From an uncultured Thermoprotei archaeon (lineage in GTDB: Archaea; Thermoproteota; Thermoprotei; Thermofilales; B15-G2), in assembly GCA_965367815.1 (NCBI GenBank), contig CBDUKN010000001.1:178391-242390 (forward strand): a DNA stretch of 64,000 nt, in the 5' to 3' direction. Each line of letters starts with the position of its first letter. Within the stretch, counting starts at the first letter, position 1. The notes under the pieces were generated by a model. It made no database searches and was not told the DNA's origin. It worked only from the letters and a program-made list of their open reading frames with translations. The translations under genes were made by a program, and so were the position numbers. Positions 1-10,144 of the stretch are shown here, piece after piece.

Positions 1-389
1 AAAGCAGAGAGTATCAGAGGGTTCCACGAATTATTTGGAAGATAAAAACCTTGAGGATGGACATTAAATGCCTTTACTACTGTATCTCGATTGACTGCTA
101 AGAGAGATTCTAGAGCGTAGGGTGATAAAGCCTCTATATTTAGAGGAGAGGAAAAGGTAGTAACTATTTCGATAAAACTTGAAGCAGCCAAGTCTTCTAG
201 TAGGTCTACAAGTCTACTTCTCTCTTTCATTAGGAAGTCAATAGTGTACTTAGTTACAGCAACGTTTACAGGTATTTCAAGAGAATAAAGCTCTTCGAGA
301 GCATCTTCAAGAGCTCTTGCAGCATAATAGCGCGCAGGTTCAGGAAGGCTTAGTAGATCAAAATATAGTATTTGAGCTAAATATATCAC
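1..389 (-). CDS. GH57-like (beta/alpha)7-barrel protein, N-terminal part only (runs off window)
   Basis: Not in ORF track. Manual translation from GTG at 389 is open to the window edge: MIYLAQILYFDLL...FIEIVTT...AFNVHPQGFYLPNNSWNPLIL, resembling the GH57 'FG..P.GFWLPE..W.P' motif. Confidence 0.55.
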   Translation of the reverse strand, partial: MIYLAQILYFDLLSLPEPARYYAARALEDALEELYSLEIPVNVAVTKYTIDFLMKERSRLVDLLEDLAASSFIEIVTTFSSPLNIEALSPYALESLLAVNRDTVVKAFNVHPQGFYLPNNSWNPLILSA

Positions 390-438
390 AAGTACTTTTA
401 CTCAAGCAGTGATATATAATCTTCTTTACTTGGCTTCA

Positions 439-1446
439 CTAATATATTTCCTTAATATCTACAGGTCTCTGTTCTTTACTCGACTTGTAGGCAGCTTCAG
501 TAAGCGCTATTACTTGAAGAAAATCTTCTGCAGGCGATTTATTTTCCTCTAAGCCCAAGACACAATTAACGAAATTGTCATCAGGTGAACTGCCTTCAAT
601 AAGCCAGCTTCGAGTGTTAAACACTATTCTGTTGCCGTTTTCGTCAATAAACATCGTTTTGCCGTTTTCTATCCTCACAGCCGATCCTGTCTCCCCATAA
701 AAGGTTTCGATTTCGTACATGCCGGGAGGGCTATTTCCACAAATATTTAAGCTAGCTAAAACTCCGTCCTCGAGCTCTACAGTTACCAAGGCATATAAAT
801 CGACTTCAAAGTCTCCGCAGTCTACTTGCGCGTAGACTTTCTCAGGCTTTTTACCGGTAATCCAGAGAAGTATGTCTACTACATGGCTTCCTGAATCAAA
901 GAACATACCTCCGTAGCCAAGTTTCTTCGATGCTCTCCAAGTACCTTTAGCTATGCTCTTCCAATTCTGGTCAAGGCATATTGTGACGAACTTAAGTCTA
1001 CCTAGTTTTTCTCGAACAAGGTCTCTTGCTTTAATAAAGTTCTCAATAAATCTCCTCTGATAAGACACCAATACAACTAAATCTTTTCTCTTAGATACCT
1101 CTACGATGTCTTTTGCCTCTTTTACAGTACAGCATAAAGGCTTCTCTGACAGTACATGAAGTCCTCTCTTTAGTGCATACATTATCTGAGGATAGTGTAA
1201 GGTGTGAGGAGTGAAAATACAGACAGCGTCTAATCCTGCTTCATCGATCATTTGCTTATAGTCGCTATACAGCATATTCTTTGAGCGAGATGTATAGCCG
1301 TAGATTTCACTGTAAAGTGCTTTAGCTTTATCTAAAACTACGTCGCAGAAACCGGCGATCTCTACATGAGGGTTTCTTCGGAGTCTTAAAGCATGGCCCC
1401 AGCTTATGCCGCCGCACCCTATTATTCCTATTTTTATTTTCCTCAT
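439..1446 (-). CDS. Gfo/Idh/MocA family oxidoreductase
   Basis: N-terminal GIIGCGGI Rossmann motif, TPHTLH, EKP motif, GGMFFDSGSH. Confidence 0.9.
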   Translation of the reverse strand: MRKIKIGIIGCGGISWGHALRLRRNPHVEIAGFCDVVLDKAKALYSEIYGYTSRSKNMLYSDYKQMIDEAGLDAVCIFTPHTLHYPQIMYALKRGLHVLSEKPLCCTVKEAKDIVEVSKRKDLVVLVSYQRRFIENFIKARDLVREKLGRLKFVTICLDQNWKSIAKGTWRASKKLGYGGMFFDSGSHVVDILLWITGKKPEKVYAQVDCGDFEVDLYALVTVELEDGVLASLNICGNSPPGMYEIETFYGETGSAVRIENGKTMFIDENGNRIVFNTRSWLIEGSSPDDNFVNCVLGLEENKSPAEDFLQVIALTEAAYKSSKEQRPVDIKEIY

Positions 1447-1532
1447 TCTACCATTAATGCACTTCTGTTTCCGAGAATAAATAACTACCAGCTATAGCTA
1501 AACTCTATTAATATTTTTCGCGAACAATTTAT

Positions 1533-2615
1533 GTGAAGCCTGTCGAGTTAGCCGTAATAGTTGCAATAATACTTGCTCTACTCTTTATTATAGCGATTCT
1601 CGCTTTAATTATTTTAGAGAAAGAAAAGAAAAGAGAAAAGGCAGATTTCACAGAAATCATCAAGGCTAACAGCAGACTTGAGAAGCTTAAAGTATATTTC
1701 ATGGGATGGGTCGTTGAATACGATTCTAAAAGCAAGGATAATTTTTACCGTTATCACGATAAGTTTACATGGGTTTCGCCAACGTGGTATGTTTTTGGCG
1801 AGAACTTAAAGCTAATAGAGAAAGTCTACGATGAAGAGTTTGTGTCGAATTGTAGGAAATGGAGTGTTAAAATACTGCCTTTAATAGCGAATAAAGATTT
1901 TAGTCGAGGAATAGTCCATAAAATTCTCTCTGATCCTGAGGTTCGGGAAAAAGCAGTAAATCAGATAGTTGAGATGGTGTTGAGTAGGGGATATGACGGT
2001 GTCAACATAGATTTTGAAAACATACCTCCCGAAGACAGAGAAAATCTTACACTTTTCATGAAGCTTCTCCACGAGAAACTACATCCGCTAGGAAAGCTTG
2101 TCACAATAGATGTACCGGCTAAAACTCAGCCCACGTATTCTGGCTGGAGCGGAGCATATGACTACAAAGCGCTAGCAAACTACAGCGACTTAGTAATTAT
2201 TATGATATATGATTATCATTGGGCGGGCGGAAGTCCGGGCCCTATTTCGCCGCTAGATTGGTTCAATGATGTACTTGATTATGCTCTTCAGACTATTCCT
2301 CGCGAAAAAATAGTGGCAGGTATACCCTTCTATGGATATGACTGGCCTGAAGGAGGTAGGGGAAGAGGAGTAACTTATGCTATGGCTATTCGAATAGCTA
2401 ATGAGAGCAAGGCATATGTGCACTTTGATTCAGAGAAAGGAGAAGCCTATTTCACTTACTATAAAGACAACATAAAGCACTATGTGTGGTTCCAGATCGC
2501 TAAAAGCACTGAGCTTAGAGTTAAAGCGGCTTTAAGTAAGGGTATAGATAAAGTAGCTGCGTGGAGAATAGGTCAAGAAGACCCGCTTACTTGGAACGTC
2601 ATAGATAAGCCCTAA
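1533..2615 (+). CDS. Membrane-anchored glycoside hydrolase family 18 (YaaH/SleL-like)
   Basis: N-terminal hydrophobic helix; GYDGVNIDFE catalytic motif; MIYDYHW, GIPFYGYDW and AAWRIGQEDP motifs. Confidence 0.88.
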   Translation: MKPVELAVIVAIILALLFIIAILALIILEKEKKREKADFTEIIKANSRLEKLKVYFMGWVVEYDSKSKDNFYRYHDKFTWVSPTWYVFGENLKLIEKVYDEEFVSNCRKWSVKILPLIANKDFSRGIVHKILSDPEVREKAVNQIVEMVLSRGYDGVNIDFENIPPEDRENLTLFMKLLHEKLHPLGKLVTIDVPAKTQPTYSGWSGAYDYKALANYSDLVIIMIYDYHWAGGSPGPISPLDWFNDVLDYALQTIPREKIVAGIPFYGYDWPEGGRGRGVTYAMAIRIANESKAYVHFDSEKGEAYFTYYKDNIKHYVWFQIAKSTELRVKAALSKGIDKVAAWRIGQEDPLTWNVIDKP

Positions 2616-2654
2616 AGTCTTAGACTATATATAGTTTAAGAGAGCGTTTTCTTT

Positions 2655-3764
2655 ATGAGCACAGTTTACCTGTTAAGCTACATTATTAAGGAATTTAAAG
2701 CTGAGTACAGTCCTGTAGCAAGGCTTAGAGAATTAATGTATAGAGCCGGTATAAGAGATGTTATCAGCGAAGGAGATACTGTAGCTATAAAAACCCACTT
2801 TGGCTCGCCCGGCGGATTTCGTATAGTTAGACCAATTTTCTTGAAGAAAATAGTCGAGGTAGTTAAAGAACTAGGCGGTAAGCCTTTTGTAACTGATACA
2901 TGTAGGCCTCCTGCACTAGACTACTTGGAGATAGCCAACGCTGAGGGAATAAATCACTTGTCTGTAGGAGCTCCTGTCATTATAGCTGATGGACTCAAAG
3001 GAAACGACTACAGGTTAATGAAAATCAACGGTGAAGTACTGAAGGAAGTAGAAGTAGCTTCAGCTATCTATGAGGCTGATGCAATGATCGTAGTTTCGCA
3101 CGTTAAGGGCCACCGTATGGCGGGCTTTGGTGGCGCACTTAAGAACTTAGCTATGGGATGTACTGCCAAGCCCGGGAAGAGGAGAATACACGATGTTCTG
3201 GGAGGAGAGCCGCCAGTCTGGCGCGAAGAGAAGTGCACTAGGTGTGGCGCATGTGTTTCAGCATGTGACCACAAGGCTATAGCGCTTGTAGACGGAAAAA
3301 TAGTCATTGACGAAGAGAAGTGTGTCAGGTGCTACAGATGTGTATGGGTTTGTCCGAACAGAGCTCTAGTATGGGATAGGAGAGGAGTAGAGAGATTTCT
3401 TAAAGCTATAGCTGAAGCGGCAGCGGCTGTAGTAAATACATTTAAGGAGGGGAAGATACTTTACTTGAATTTTGTCTGCGATGTAACAGTAGCCTGTGAC
3501 TGTACGCCTTGGTCTACAAACCCTCTAGTACCAGACATAGGTATACTCTCGTCGAAAGATGCAGTAGCCATAGACACTGCTTCACTAGACTTAATCAATA
3601 AGGCTGAAGGTATTCCAGGGCAAACGCTGCCAGGGAAAGTAGAAGTACTGCCAGCTAATGTCAATAAGTTTCTCGAAGTCCACGGCATAGACCCATATAT
3701 ACAAGTGTGTCACGGAGAAAAAATAGGACTAGGGTCAACTAAGTACAAAATAGTAGAAATCTAA
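2655..3764 (+). CDS. DUF362 domain protein with 2x[4Fe-4S] ferredoxin insert
   Basis: VAIKTHFG, SHVKGH..AGFGGALKNLAMGC, two CxxCxxCxxxC motifs, C-D-C motif. Confidence 0.85.
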   Translation: MSTVYLLSYIIKEFKAEYSPVARLRELMYRAGIRDVISEGDTVAIKTHFGSPGGFRIVRPIFLKKIVEVVKELGGKPFVTDTCRPPALDYLEIANAEGINHLSVGAPVIIADGLKGNDYRLMKINGEVLKEVEVASAIYEADAMIVVSHVKGHRMAGFGGALKNLAMGCTAKPGKRRIHDVLGGEPPVWREEKCTRCGACVSACDHKAIALVDGKIVIDEEKCVRCYRCVWVCPNRALVWDRRGVERFLKAIAEAAAAVVNTFKEGKILYLNFVCDVTVACDCTPWSTNPLVPDIGILSSKDAVAIDTASLDLINKAEGIPGQTLPGKVEVLPANVNKFLEVHGIDPYIQVCHGEKIGLGSTKYKIVEI

Positions 3765-4612
3765 AGTTTTAAGAGAAGTCGAGAGAGTTCTTCGAGAGCT
3801 TTAGCTGAAGGCGAGTCAGGATAGGCTTCTACTACGGTTTTTCCCTGAATATACGCTTTAACTAACTTATCATCGTAAGGAATCTTATAGCTTTCAGGGG
3901 CTATTTCTTCGAGCTCTTTGTAAGTTCCTCCAGGCAGACCGTACTTATTCACTACAACAATAAGCTTTTTCCCGTAGAGGTTCACTAGTTTCTTAAACTT
4001 TGCTAAGTCGTGGACTCCTAGTCTACTGGGCTCGGTTACTGCTATAACTAAGTCTGCGTGCTTAATAGCCTCGGCTACCGAAAAGCCTGTTCCTGGAGGA
4101 CAGTCTATTAGCGTAATACCGTAGTGGCTAGATTTTGCAAGAATTTCTCGCATAGCTTCTTCAGCTACTTCATGGTATTTGCGGCTACCGGGCTTCAGCT
4201 CCCCTATAATTAAGTCTAAGTTTTCTCTACTGCCTGTCTTTAAGTAGCCTATAACAGTTCTTCCTTCACGTATAGCCTGATTAGGGCATACAGCTTCACA
4301 TAGACCACAGCCTTCGCACAGTGTTTCAACGAAAATAATCTTTTTCCCTGGAATAACTACAAGTGCGTGTACAGGACAGTAGCTTGCACATAAACCGCAT
4401 AACTTGCACGTAGATTCATCTATGATTGGTCTGTATGCGTACACTTCTCTAAGTAGTTTGGGCTCTATACCTAGCAAAGTGTATGAACATGGATTATCTA
4501 CATCGATGTCTCCCAATAGAACTTTAGTCTGCTTAGATAGTAGAAAAGCTAGAGAAGCTGTTACAGTAGTTTTTCCTGTTCCTCCTTTACCACCAGCTAT
4601 AGCTACTATCAC
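3761..4612 (-). CDS. MinD-type P-loop ATPase with ferredoxin insert (COG1149-like)
   Basis: GKGGTGKTT, DIDVDNP, two CxxCxxCxxxCP motifs, DCPPGTG. Confidence 0.88.
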   Translation of the reverse strand: MIVAIAGGKGGTGKTTVTASLAFLLSKQTKVLLGDIDVDNPCSYTLLGIEPKLLREVYAYRPIIDESTCKLCGLCASYCPVHALVVIPGKKIIFVETLCEGCGLCEAVCPNQAIREGRTVIGYLKTGSRENLDLIIGELKPGSRKYHEVAEEAMREILAKSSHYGITLIDCPPGTGFSVAEAIKHADLVIAVTEPSRLGVHDLAKFKKLVNLYGKKLIVVVNKYGLPGGTYKELEEIAPESYKIPYDDKLVKAYIQGKTVVEAYPDSPSAKALEELSRLLLKL

Positions 4613-4709
4613 TTTCTCACCTGCTTTCTCTAAGCTTTCTTAGTAGCTGAACTGACTTAAATAGCATATGCACAGAATTAAGAAACTAGTGTACTATACT
4701 AAGTTAAGG

Positions 4710-5585
4710 CTACTTGCTTACAATATCTAATATCTTCTCAAAAGCGTTTTCTAGAAGTGGCTTTAGAGAGCTCTTTGTAGCCAAGAGTGGCGTCATCATA
4801 GAATATGACTCGACAATGTCTCTGCTATAAGGCACTTTCCCGACAACTTCTATTCCCAAGAGATCGCCTATTTTTGCTGAAAAATCGGGGTTTATGTCGT
4901 ATTTATTTACTATACAGACAGACTTTACTCCAAGTGTTTCAGCTACTTTGAGTAGTCTTTGGGAGCCTTTAACGCTCTGAGGTGTTGGTTCGACAACAAT
5001 AACAAGGAGATCTGCTCCGCTAATACTTGATACTACTGGACACCCTATTCCAGGCGCTGAGTCGACAATAACGTATCCTGAGTTAAGAAAGCTTCGTGCA
5101 AGTTTTTTAAGCTCGTATACTAGTCTGCCGCTAGTCCCTCCACCTAACTCTAAGTCGCCGGTAACAACTTTTATTCCGAAGGCAGATTCAGCTACGTAAA
5201 TTACTCCCGTTTTAGCTTCTTTCAGCGAGATTGCTTGAGCAGGACATATTACGGCACACGCACCTAGACCTTCGCACTTACTGTAGTCTACTACAGGGCC
5301 TTTTTCTCCTATAGTGATGGCGCCGAATTTACAGAAATTGACGCATTTCCAGCACTTAGTGCATTTAGTGTAATCTATTACGGGCCTATATGAGCCATAG
5401 TATTCTTCGGCAGATATTCGGCTTTTTTCTCCACCTAAAGCCAGAATCAAGTCTGGGGCTTCTACATCAGCGTCTACTGCAATTACTTCTCCTAGCTTTT
5501 TGCGGATAAAGTAAGCTAAGTTAGAGGAGATAAATGTTTTTCCTGTGCCTCCTTTACCGCTGGCAACTGCTATTTCTTTAATCAA
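4710..5585 (-). CDS. MinD-type P-loop ATPase with ferredoxin insert (COG1149-like), paralog
   Basis: SGKGGTGKT, DADVEAPDL, Cys clusters (second one reads CEGLGAC, one Cys missing), DSAPGIGCPV. Confidence 0.88.
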   Translation of the reverse strand: MIKEIAVASGKGGTGKTFISSNLAYFIRKKLGEVIAVDADVEAPDLILALGGEKSRISAEEYYGSYRPVIDYTKCTKCWKCVNFCKFGAITIGEKGPVVDYSKCEGLGACAVICPAQAISLKEAKTGVIYVAESAFGIKVVTGDLELGGGTSGRLVYELKKLARSFLNSGYVIVDSAPGIGCPVVSSISGADLLVIVVEPTPQSVKGSQRLLKVAETLGVKSVCIVNKYDINPDFSAKIGDLLGIEVVGKVPYSRDIVESYSMMTPLLATKSSLKPLLENAFEKILDIVSK

Positions 5586-5884
5586 CGTGTCTCACCGAGT
5601 ACTTTATCTATAGCTTCCTTTACTTTAGCAGGATCTGCTTCTCTCAGAAAAAGTATTTTCTCTCTGCTTCTCATACCTTTAATAATAGCTATTTGACTTA
5701 CATTTAATGCTTTCCTGAGAAATCGAAGTAACTCCATGTTTGCTTTTCCTCCAGTAGGAGACGCTTTAACTTCTATTACAAGGTAATCTCCTTCAACGCC
5801 GACTATTCTATTTTCTTTAGCGCGAGGCTTAACTAGTACCCTCAAGAAAACACCGTCTCTATCTTCTATAAGATAATTTGCCAT
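5582..5884 (-). CDS. DUF167 / YggU-like protein
   Basis: V+PRAKEN...V+ASPTGGKAN.EL and G.+SREK motifs. Confidence 0.85.
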   Translation of the reverse strand: MANYLIEDRDGVFLRVLVKPRAKENRIVGVEGDYLVIEVKASPTGGKANMELLRFLRKALNVSQIAIIKGMRSREKILFLREADPAKVKEAIDKVLGETR

Positions 5885-5924
5885 ACATATTAGTTAGGAA
5901 CTAAAGGTATAAGAAGCTTATAGT

Positions 5925-6602
5925 TTAAAGAAAATGACCTAAGAAAACTCCTATAAGCGATACAAGTAGCCCTGAAATTAGCATACATAGTCCGTACTTC
6001 AGTACATTTTCGTCGGAGACTCGCGCTAAGAAAGCTCCAAGCGAGAACAGCAAGATGCTTGTTAAAGTAACTGAGCCTATTAAAGCGTAATCTATTGGTA
6101 CAATAGAGTATATTGCTAGAATAAAGGGAGCTACCGATATTACTGAGAAAAGCATTGGGGCAAAAGCGTCTATTAGTGCGGCTAGAATAGTCACTACGTC
6201 TACTGCCTGCTTAAGCACGCTGTCTTCTAGGCTTGTAAAAAGACTTCTCTCTAAATCTTTTATTTCTCTGATCCTTTCGGCTCTCTCGGTAATAAATGCT
6301 CCTACGAAACCTGAAATACTCATAGCTATGCTCGCGCCTATACTAGCTCCTACAATGAACTTAGGGTCCAGCGAGTGCGTCATATAGGAGCCCATAATGA
6401 TGCCCATTACTGTCATTATGCCGTCAAAGCCGTTCATAATGAAGTATCTTCTCAGTATTCCTCCAGCGTTAAGTAGGTTTACGTAGAGTTTAAGGTTTTT
6501 CAGCAGTGAGTTATTTAAGGCTAAGCCGTTTCCCTTATTTCTTCTTCTCCTATTAATAGAATCTGTGTCTTTAGACATAAACCTGAGTCCTCTGCGCGTC
6601 AA
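5925..6602 (-). CDS. VIT1/CCC1 family membrane protein (true start probably downstream)
   Basis: RRYFIMNGFDG motif, E.AER.RE motif, about 5 TM helices. Confidence 0.8.
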   Translation of the reverse strand: MTRRGLRFMSKDTDSINRRRRNKGNGLALNNSLLKNLKLYVNLLNAGGILRRYFIMNGFDGIMTVMGIIMGSYMTHSLDPKFIVGASIGASIAMSISGFVGAFITERAERIREIKDLERSLFTSLEDSVLKQAVDVVTILAALIDAFAPMLFSVISVAPFILAIYSIVPIDYALIGSVTLTSILLFSLGAFLARVSDENVLKYGLCMLISGLLVSLIGVFLGHFL

Positions 6603-6666
6603 GCAAATATATAATAGGTTTAAAAGATTTAAGTTTTATTGCTTCAATCTCTCATAAAAACTATGT

Positions 6667-7110
6667 CTACGTTGTTATTCCTAACCGTCTTAGAGCCTCT
6701 GAGAGCGGTATACCCGGCGGAACAATCTCTACTCTCACTCCTGCTTGCTGCAAAACAAAGCTTATATTTGGGCCTAAACGGGGAGCTATTACTAGCTTAA
6801 CTCCGCTTGCCACAATCCATTGTCCTAACCCCATTCCTGCTCCATGAGGAGCAGTAGCGTAGGGGTTTTCTAGAATTTTAAGGTTTACTACTTTGCCTCC
6901 AACTGTGTCTACTACAGCTATTAACGGTGCTCTAGCGAACCTGAAAGATATGGGTGAGTTTAAGCCTACATTGGAGTCTACTGTAGCCACGATTCTTAGT
7001 CCATTAGGAGGCGGGGGAGGAAGAGGCGGTAAAGTGGGCAGAGGTCCCCATCCTCTTCCTCTACTCCATCCTCTTCCAAAACCTCTTCCGTAGGGAGGAG
7101 GGTATGTCAC
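6667..7110 (-). CDS. NifB/NifX (COG1433) family protein with N-terminal Gly/Arg- and Pro-rich tail
   Basis: IS.RFARAP, ENP....HGAG, GPN motifs; GRGFGRGWSRGRGWG and polyproline at the N-terminus. Confidence 0.8.
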   Translation of the reverse strand: MTYPPPYGRGFGRGWSRGRGWGPLPTLPPLPPPPPNGLRIVATVDSNVGLNSPISFRFARAPLIAVVDTVGGKVVNLKILENPYATAPHGAGMGLGQWIVASGVKLVIAPRLGPNISFVLQQAGVRVEIVPPGIPLSEALRRLGITT

Positions 7111-7140
7111 AGAAAAATATGCATTTGCACATTATTAAAA

Positions 7141-9018
7141 TTAGCGTACTTTACTCAAGAGTTTTTCTCCTATTTCTTTTAAGCCGAGGTCTTCTAAAAG
7201 CTCTTTAGTGGGAACGCCGTTTTCGTCCCATTTGCGGTACTCGTAGTACTCTTTAAGCATAGGCTCTAGCTCGACAACTTGACCAGCAGCTCCTCCTTCT
7301 TTAAGAGGCTCTTTGAGAAGACGTTCTGGCAGAGTGTCGTCTTTAGACGTGTAGCCGCAGGCTATATTGAATAGTCTCTTTAGGTTAAACGACCTAGCGC
7401 CTGCCTTGAGTAGTTCTGGTAGGAGTGTTTTTCTGCCAGTAACCATGCTGTACATGGCTGCTACGTGCGCTGGAGGTATGGCCAGGAACTTGCATATTAT
7501 CATAGACTCTAGTACTTCGTGCCAGTCCTGCATAATAGCGACTATTCTGCCTTTACCTTCTACAGCGAAGCGGTCTACTCTCTCGTATATTTTTAAGTCG
7601 TGCATACGTTCTCCCTGCTCTATTCTTAGGACGAATCCCTGGAGGTGGCAGGCACCTCTATTTGATGTAGCGTACTGGAGCCCCATACCTTTAAAGGCGC
7701 GTGGATCATGCATAGGTACTTCAAGTCCCTTTACGTGCATAGCGTATTTCTCAGAGCCTCTGCCTATTGTCTTAGAGGCTAGCCTACTTCCCTCGCCTAA
7801 AAGCTTACCGAATCCTTCACGTTCACTGATCATTTTAATTAACTTAAGTAGTAGTTCTCCGTCGCCCCACTTCAGCTCTAAGCCTCCAGTATCCTCTTTA
7901 GTTATGATTCCTTTCTCGTAGCACTCAATAGCCCAGGCTATAGTTACGCCGGTTGAGATAACGTCTATTCCGTATCTATTGCAGAGCTCGTTTGCCTTAG
8001 CTATTACATGCGGATCATCTATTAAGAGAGTAGAGCCTAGCGAAGCGACAGCTTCGTACTCGGGGCCTCTGACTTTAAGTCCGTCTACTTCAACTACTCT
8101 CCAGCAACCAATAGGGCAGTTATAGCATGCTCTATGCTTAACGACAATTGTTTTAGCGAGGCTTTCGCCCTTAAGCTTCTCTATTCCTTCCCACGCTCCT
8201 AGGCTAAAGTTCTTTATAGGCATGTCGCCATACTCGTAGAAAACCTCTACTTCGCCCGCAGTACCGTAGGCAGCCTGTATTTGTGTTGAAGGGAAAGACA
8301 TTATGAGCGGAAGCAGTCTCCTAATAAGGTGTCTTAAGCGGTTCGGGTCGGCCATAGAGATAGAGCCGGAGCCTTTGACAGCTATCGCTTTGAGTTTCTT
8401 AGAACCCATTACGGCGCCCATACCTGTTCTGCCGGCTACTCGAGGGCCTTCAGGCTCAGGCTCAACTGTAATGCAGGCGTAGCGCACCAGTTTTTCTCCA
8501 GCAGGTCCTATACACGCTACTTTGACTTTATCGTCGCCAGTATCCTGTTTTACAAGTCCATCTGTTTCACGGGTATCTTTACCCCATATTTTAGAAGCGT
8601 CTCTTATCTCGACTTCAGAGTCCTTAATGTATATGTAGACAGGGTCCTTTGAAGACCCTTTAACGACTACTCCGTCAAAACCAGCCTTTTTAAGCTCTAT
8701 TCCCCAGAAACCGCTTGAGTGCGCTTCACCCCAACCTAGTGTTAAAGGAGATTTAGCAGCAACCGCGAATCTACCAGTACACGGAACATATGTCCCTGTG
8801 AGAGGGCCTGTCATGAAAACAAGAGTATTCTCGGGACTAAAGGGATCTATTGAAGGATCTACTTCCTCACAGACTATTTTCGCCGCTAAGCCCGTGCCTC
8901 CTATAAACATTAATTCTTCTTCTTCAGAAAGTTCTCTAACCCAAGTTTTCTCCTTAGATAAATCAATATAAAGTAATTTACCACAATACCCCAAAAGCTT
9001 CCCGCCCATGTAGCTCAC
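7141..9018 (-). CDS. aor: Aldehyde:ferredoxin oxidoreductase (W-containing AOR family)
   Basis: KSPLT, AGRTGMGAVMGSKKLKAI, C..CPIGC, GPEYE, D.IS.G, RGACHL motifs. Confidence 0.93.
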   Translation of the reverse strand: MSYMGGKLLGYCGKLLYIDLSKEKTWVRELSEEEELMFIGGTGLAAKIVCEEVDPSIDPFSPENTLVFMTGPLTGTYVPCTGRFAVAAKSPLTLGWGEAHSSGFWGIELKKAGFDGVVVKGSSKDPVYIYIKDSEVEIRDASKIWGKDTRETDGLVKQDTGDDKVKVACIGPAGEKLVRYACITVEPEPEGPRVAGRTGMGAVMGSKKLKAIAVKGSGSISMADPNRLRHLIRRLLPLIMSFPSTQIQAAYGTAGEVEVFYEYGDMPIKNFSLGAWEGIEKLKGESLAKTIVVKHRACYNCPIGCWRVVEVDGLKVRGPEYEAVASLGSTLLIDDPHVIAKANELCNRYGIDVISTGVTIAWAIECYEKGIITKEDTGGLELKWGDGELLLKLIKMISEREGFGKLLGEGSRLASKTIGRGSEKYAMHVKGLEVPMHDPRAFKGMGLQYATSNRGACHLQGFVLRIEQGERMHDLKIYERVDRFAVEGKGRIVAIMQDWHEVLESMIICKFLAIPPAHVAAMYSMVTGRKTLLPELLKAGARSFNLKRLFNIACGYTSKDDTLPERLLKEPLKEGGAAGQVVELEPMLKEYYEYRKWDENGVPTKELLEDLGLKEIGEKLLSKVR

Positions 9019-9019
9019 C

Positions 9020-9667
9020 TTAGAACCTGTAGAGCTTACGGTAAAGCTCTACTTCGCGCTCAGGTATAAGCGGAGGCTTCTTGCCTAAAGCATAGCAGAC
9101 GAACTGAGCGATAGCTACTTCCTCCATTGTTTCTGCTACAGCTTCAGCTTCAACCAGATTAGAGCCCATGGCTATAATACCGTGGTTCTGAAGAATAATA
9201 GCCCTACATCCCTTAGCAGCAGTCTCAGCCACTAGCTTAGCGAGCTTATCGGTTCCAGGAAAAGCAAAAGGCACTATTTCTACTTTCCTTAAAACCATTA
9301 CTTCCTCTACAGTAATAGGCTCAATAGACAGCCCCGCTAAAGCCAGACCCAAGGTAAACGGATTATGTGCGTGAACAATAGCATTTACATCAGGTCTAGC
9401 CTTATAAATAGCCGCATGCACCGGAGCCTCTATTGAAGGCCTCAGCAGGCCGTCAACAACATTACAGTCTAAATCTAGTTTAACTAAGTCATCTGGATTC
9501 AACTCACCCTTGAAGACGCCACTAGGAGTAATCCAAAACTCCTCAGAATTAGGTATACGTGCACTAACATTACCGCCTAAAGCAGAAACAAGCCCTCTCC
9601 TATACAGAGCACTCATAACTCTGCATATCTCTTGCTTCAATTCTTCCTCACTAAACAGACTCTCCAT
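9020..9667 (-). CDS. Class II aldolase/adducin family protein (FucA-like)
   Basis: GNVSAR, ITPSG, PSIE..VH..IY..RPD..AIVHAH, LQNHG. Confidence 0.9.
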   Translation of the reverse strand: MESLFSEEELKQEICRVMSALYRRGLVSALGGNVSARIPNSEEFWITPSGVFKGELNPDDLVKLDLDCNVVDGLLRPSIEAPVHAAIYKARPDVNAIVHAHNPFTLGLALAGLSIEPITVEEVMVLRKVEIVPFAFPGTDKLAKLVAETAAKGCRAIILQNHGIIAMGSNLVEAEAVAETMEEVAIAQFVCYALGKKPPLIPEREVELYRKLYRF

Positions 9668-10100
9668 ACGCTAATACCACAAACTACACCAGTTTAAAAC
9701 TTTTCACAAATAGATAACCTAGAATTGAAGTAGTCGCCGAAAACAAGATACTTTACTACAAACAGTAAACAATCTATAACATTTTATCATAAAGACTCTA
9801 CATAAATTTAATTTAGAAAGTAAGTGCCGAAAGCCATGCGCTGTGCATACCTGCAAAACCGAAATACTACTAGAGGCTTATTAATCATAGTTAATAAGTA
9901 TTATGTGAAACTGTCAACCACAATTAACATCATAATTAGTTAAGTAGCCGTACAAAAATCAAAGCTCTTCATTCTCAAAACTACACTAAACCATTTTACG
10001 AGAAATAAACTAAGCACACTGCTTCTAAAATAGCAGTCAATAATACTAATCTATAGGAAAATACAATAATTGCTAGACGGACGCAATTAATTTACCATCC

Positions 10101-10129
10101 GTATACAATATTCTTATATTGCTGTATAC
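10101..10129. promoter_or_regulatory. Candidate autoregulatory operator (two GTATAC palindromes) upstream of vapBC
   Basis: GTATAC at 10101-10106 and 10124-10129, immediately upstream of the antitoxin ATG at 10145. Confidence 0.35.
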
Positions 10130-10144
10130 AAAGCTATATCGTAT

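Noticed and set aside
7367-7921. 184-aa plus-strand ORF and similar antisense ORFs (e.g. 25173-25700, 43662-44171, 23984-24373)
   Set aside because: Shadow frames opposite well-supported genes, Ser/Leu/Pro-rich and without motifs.
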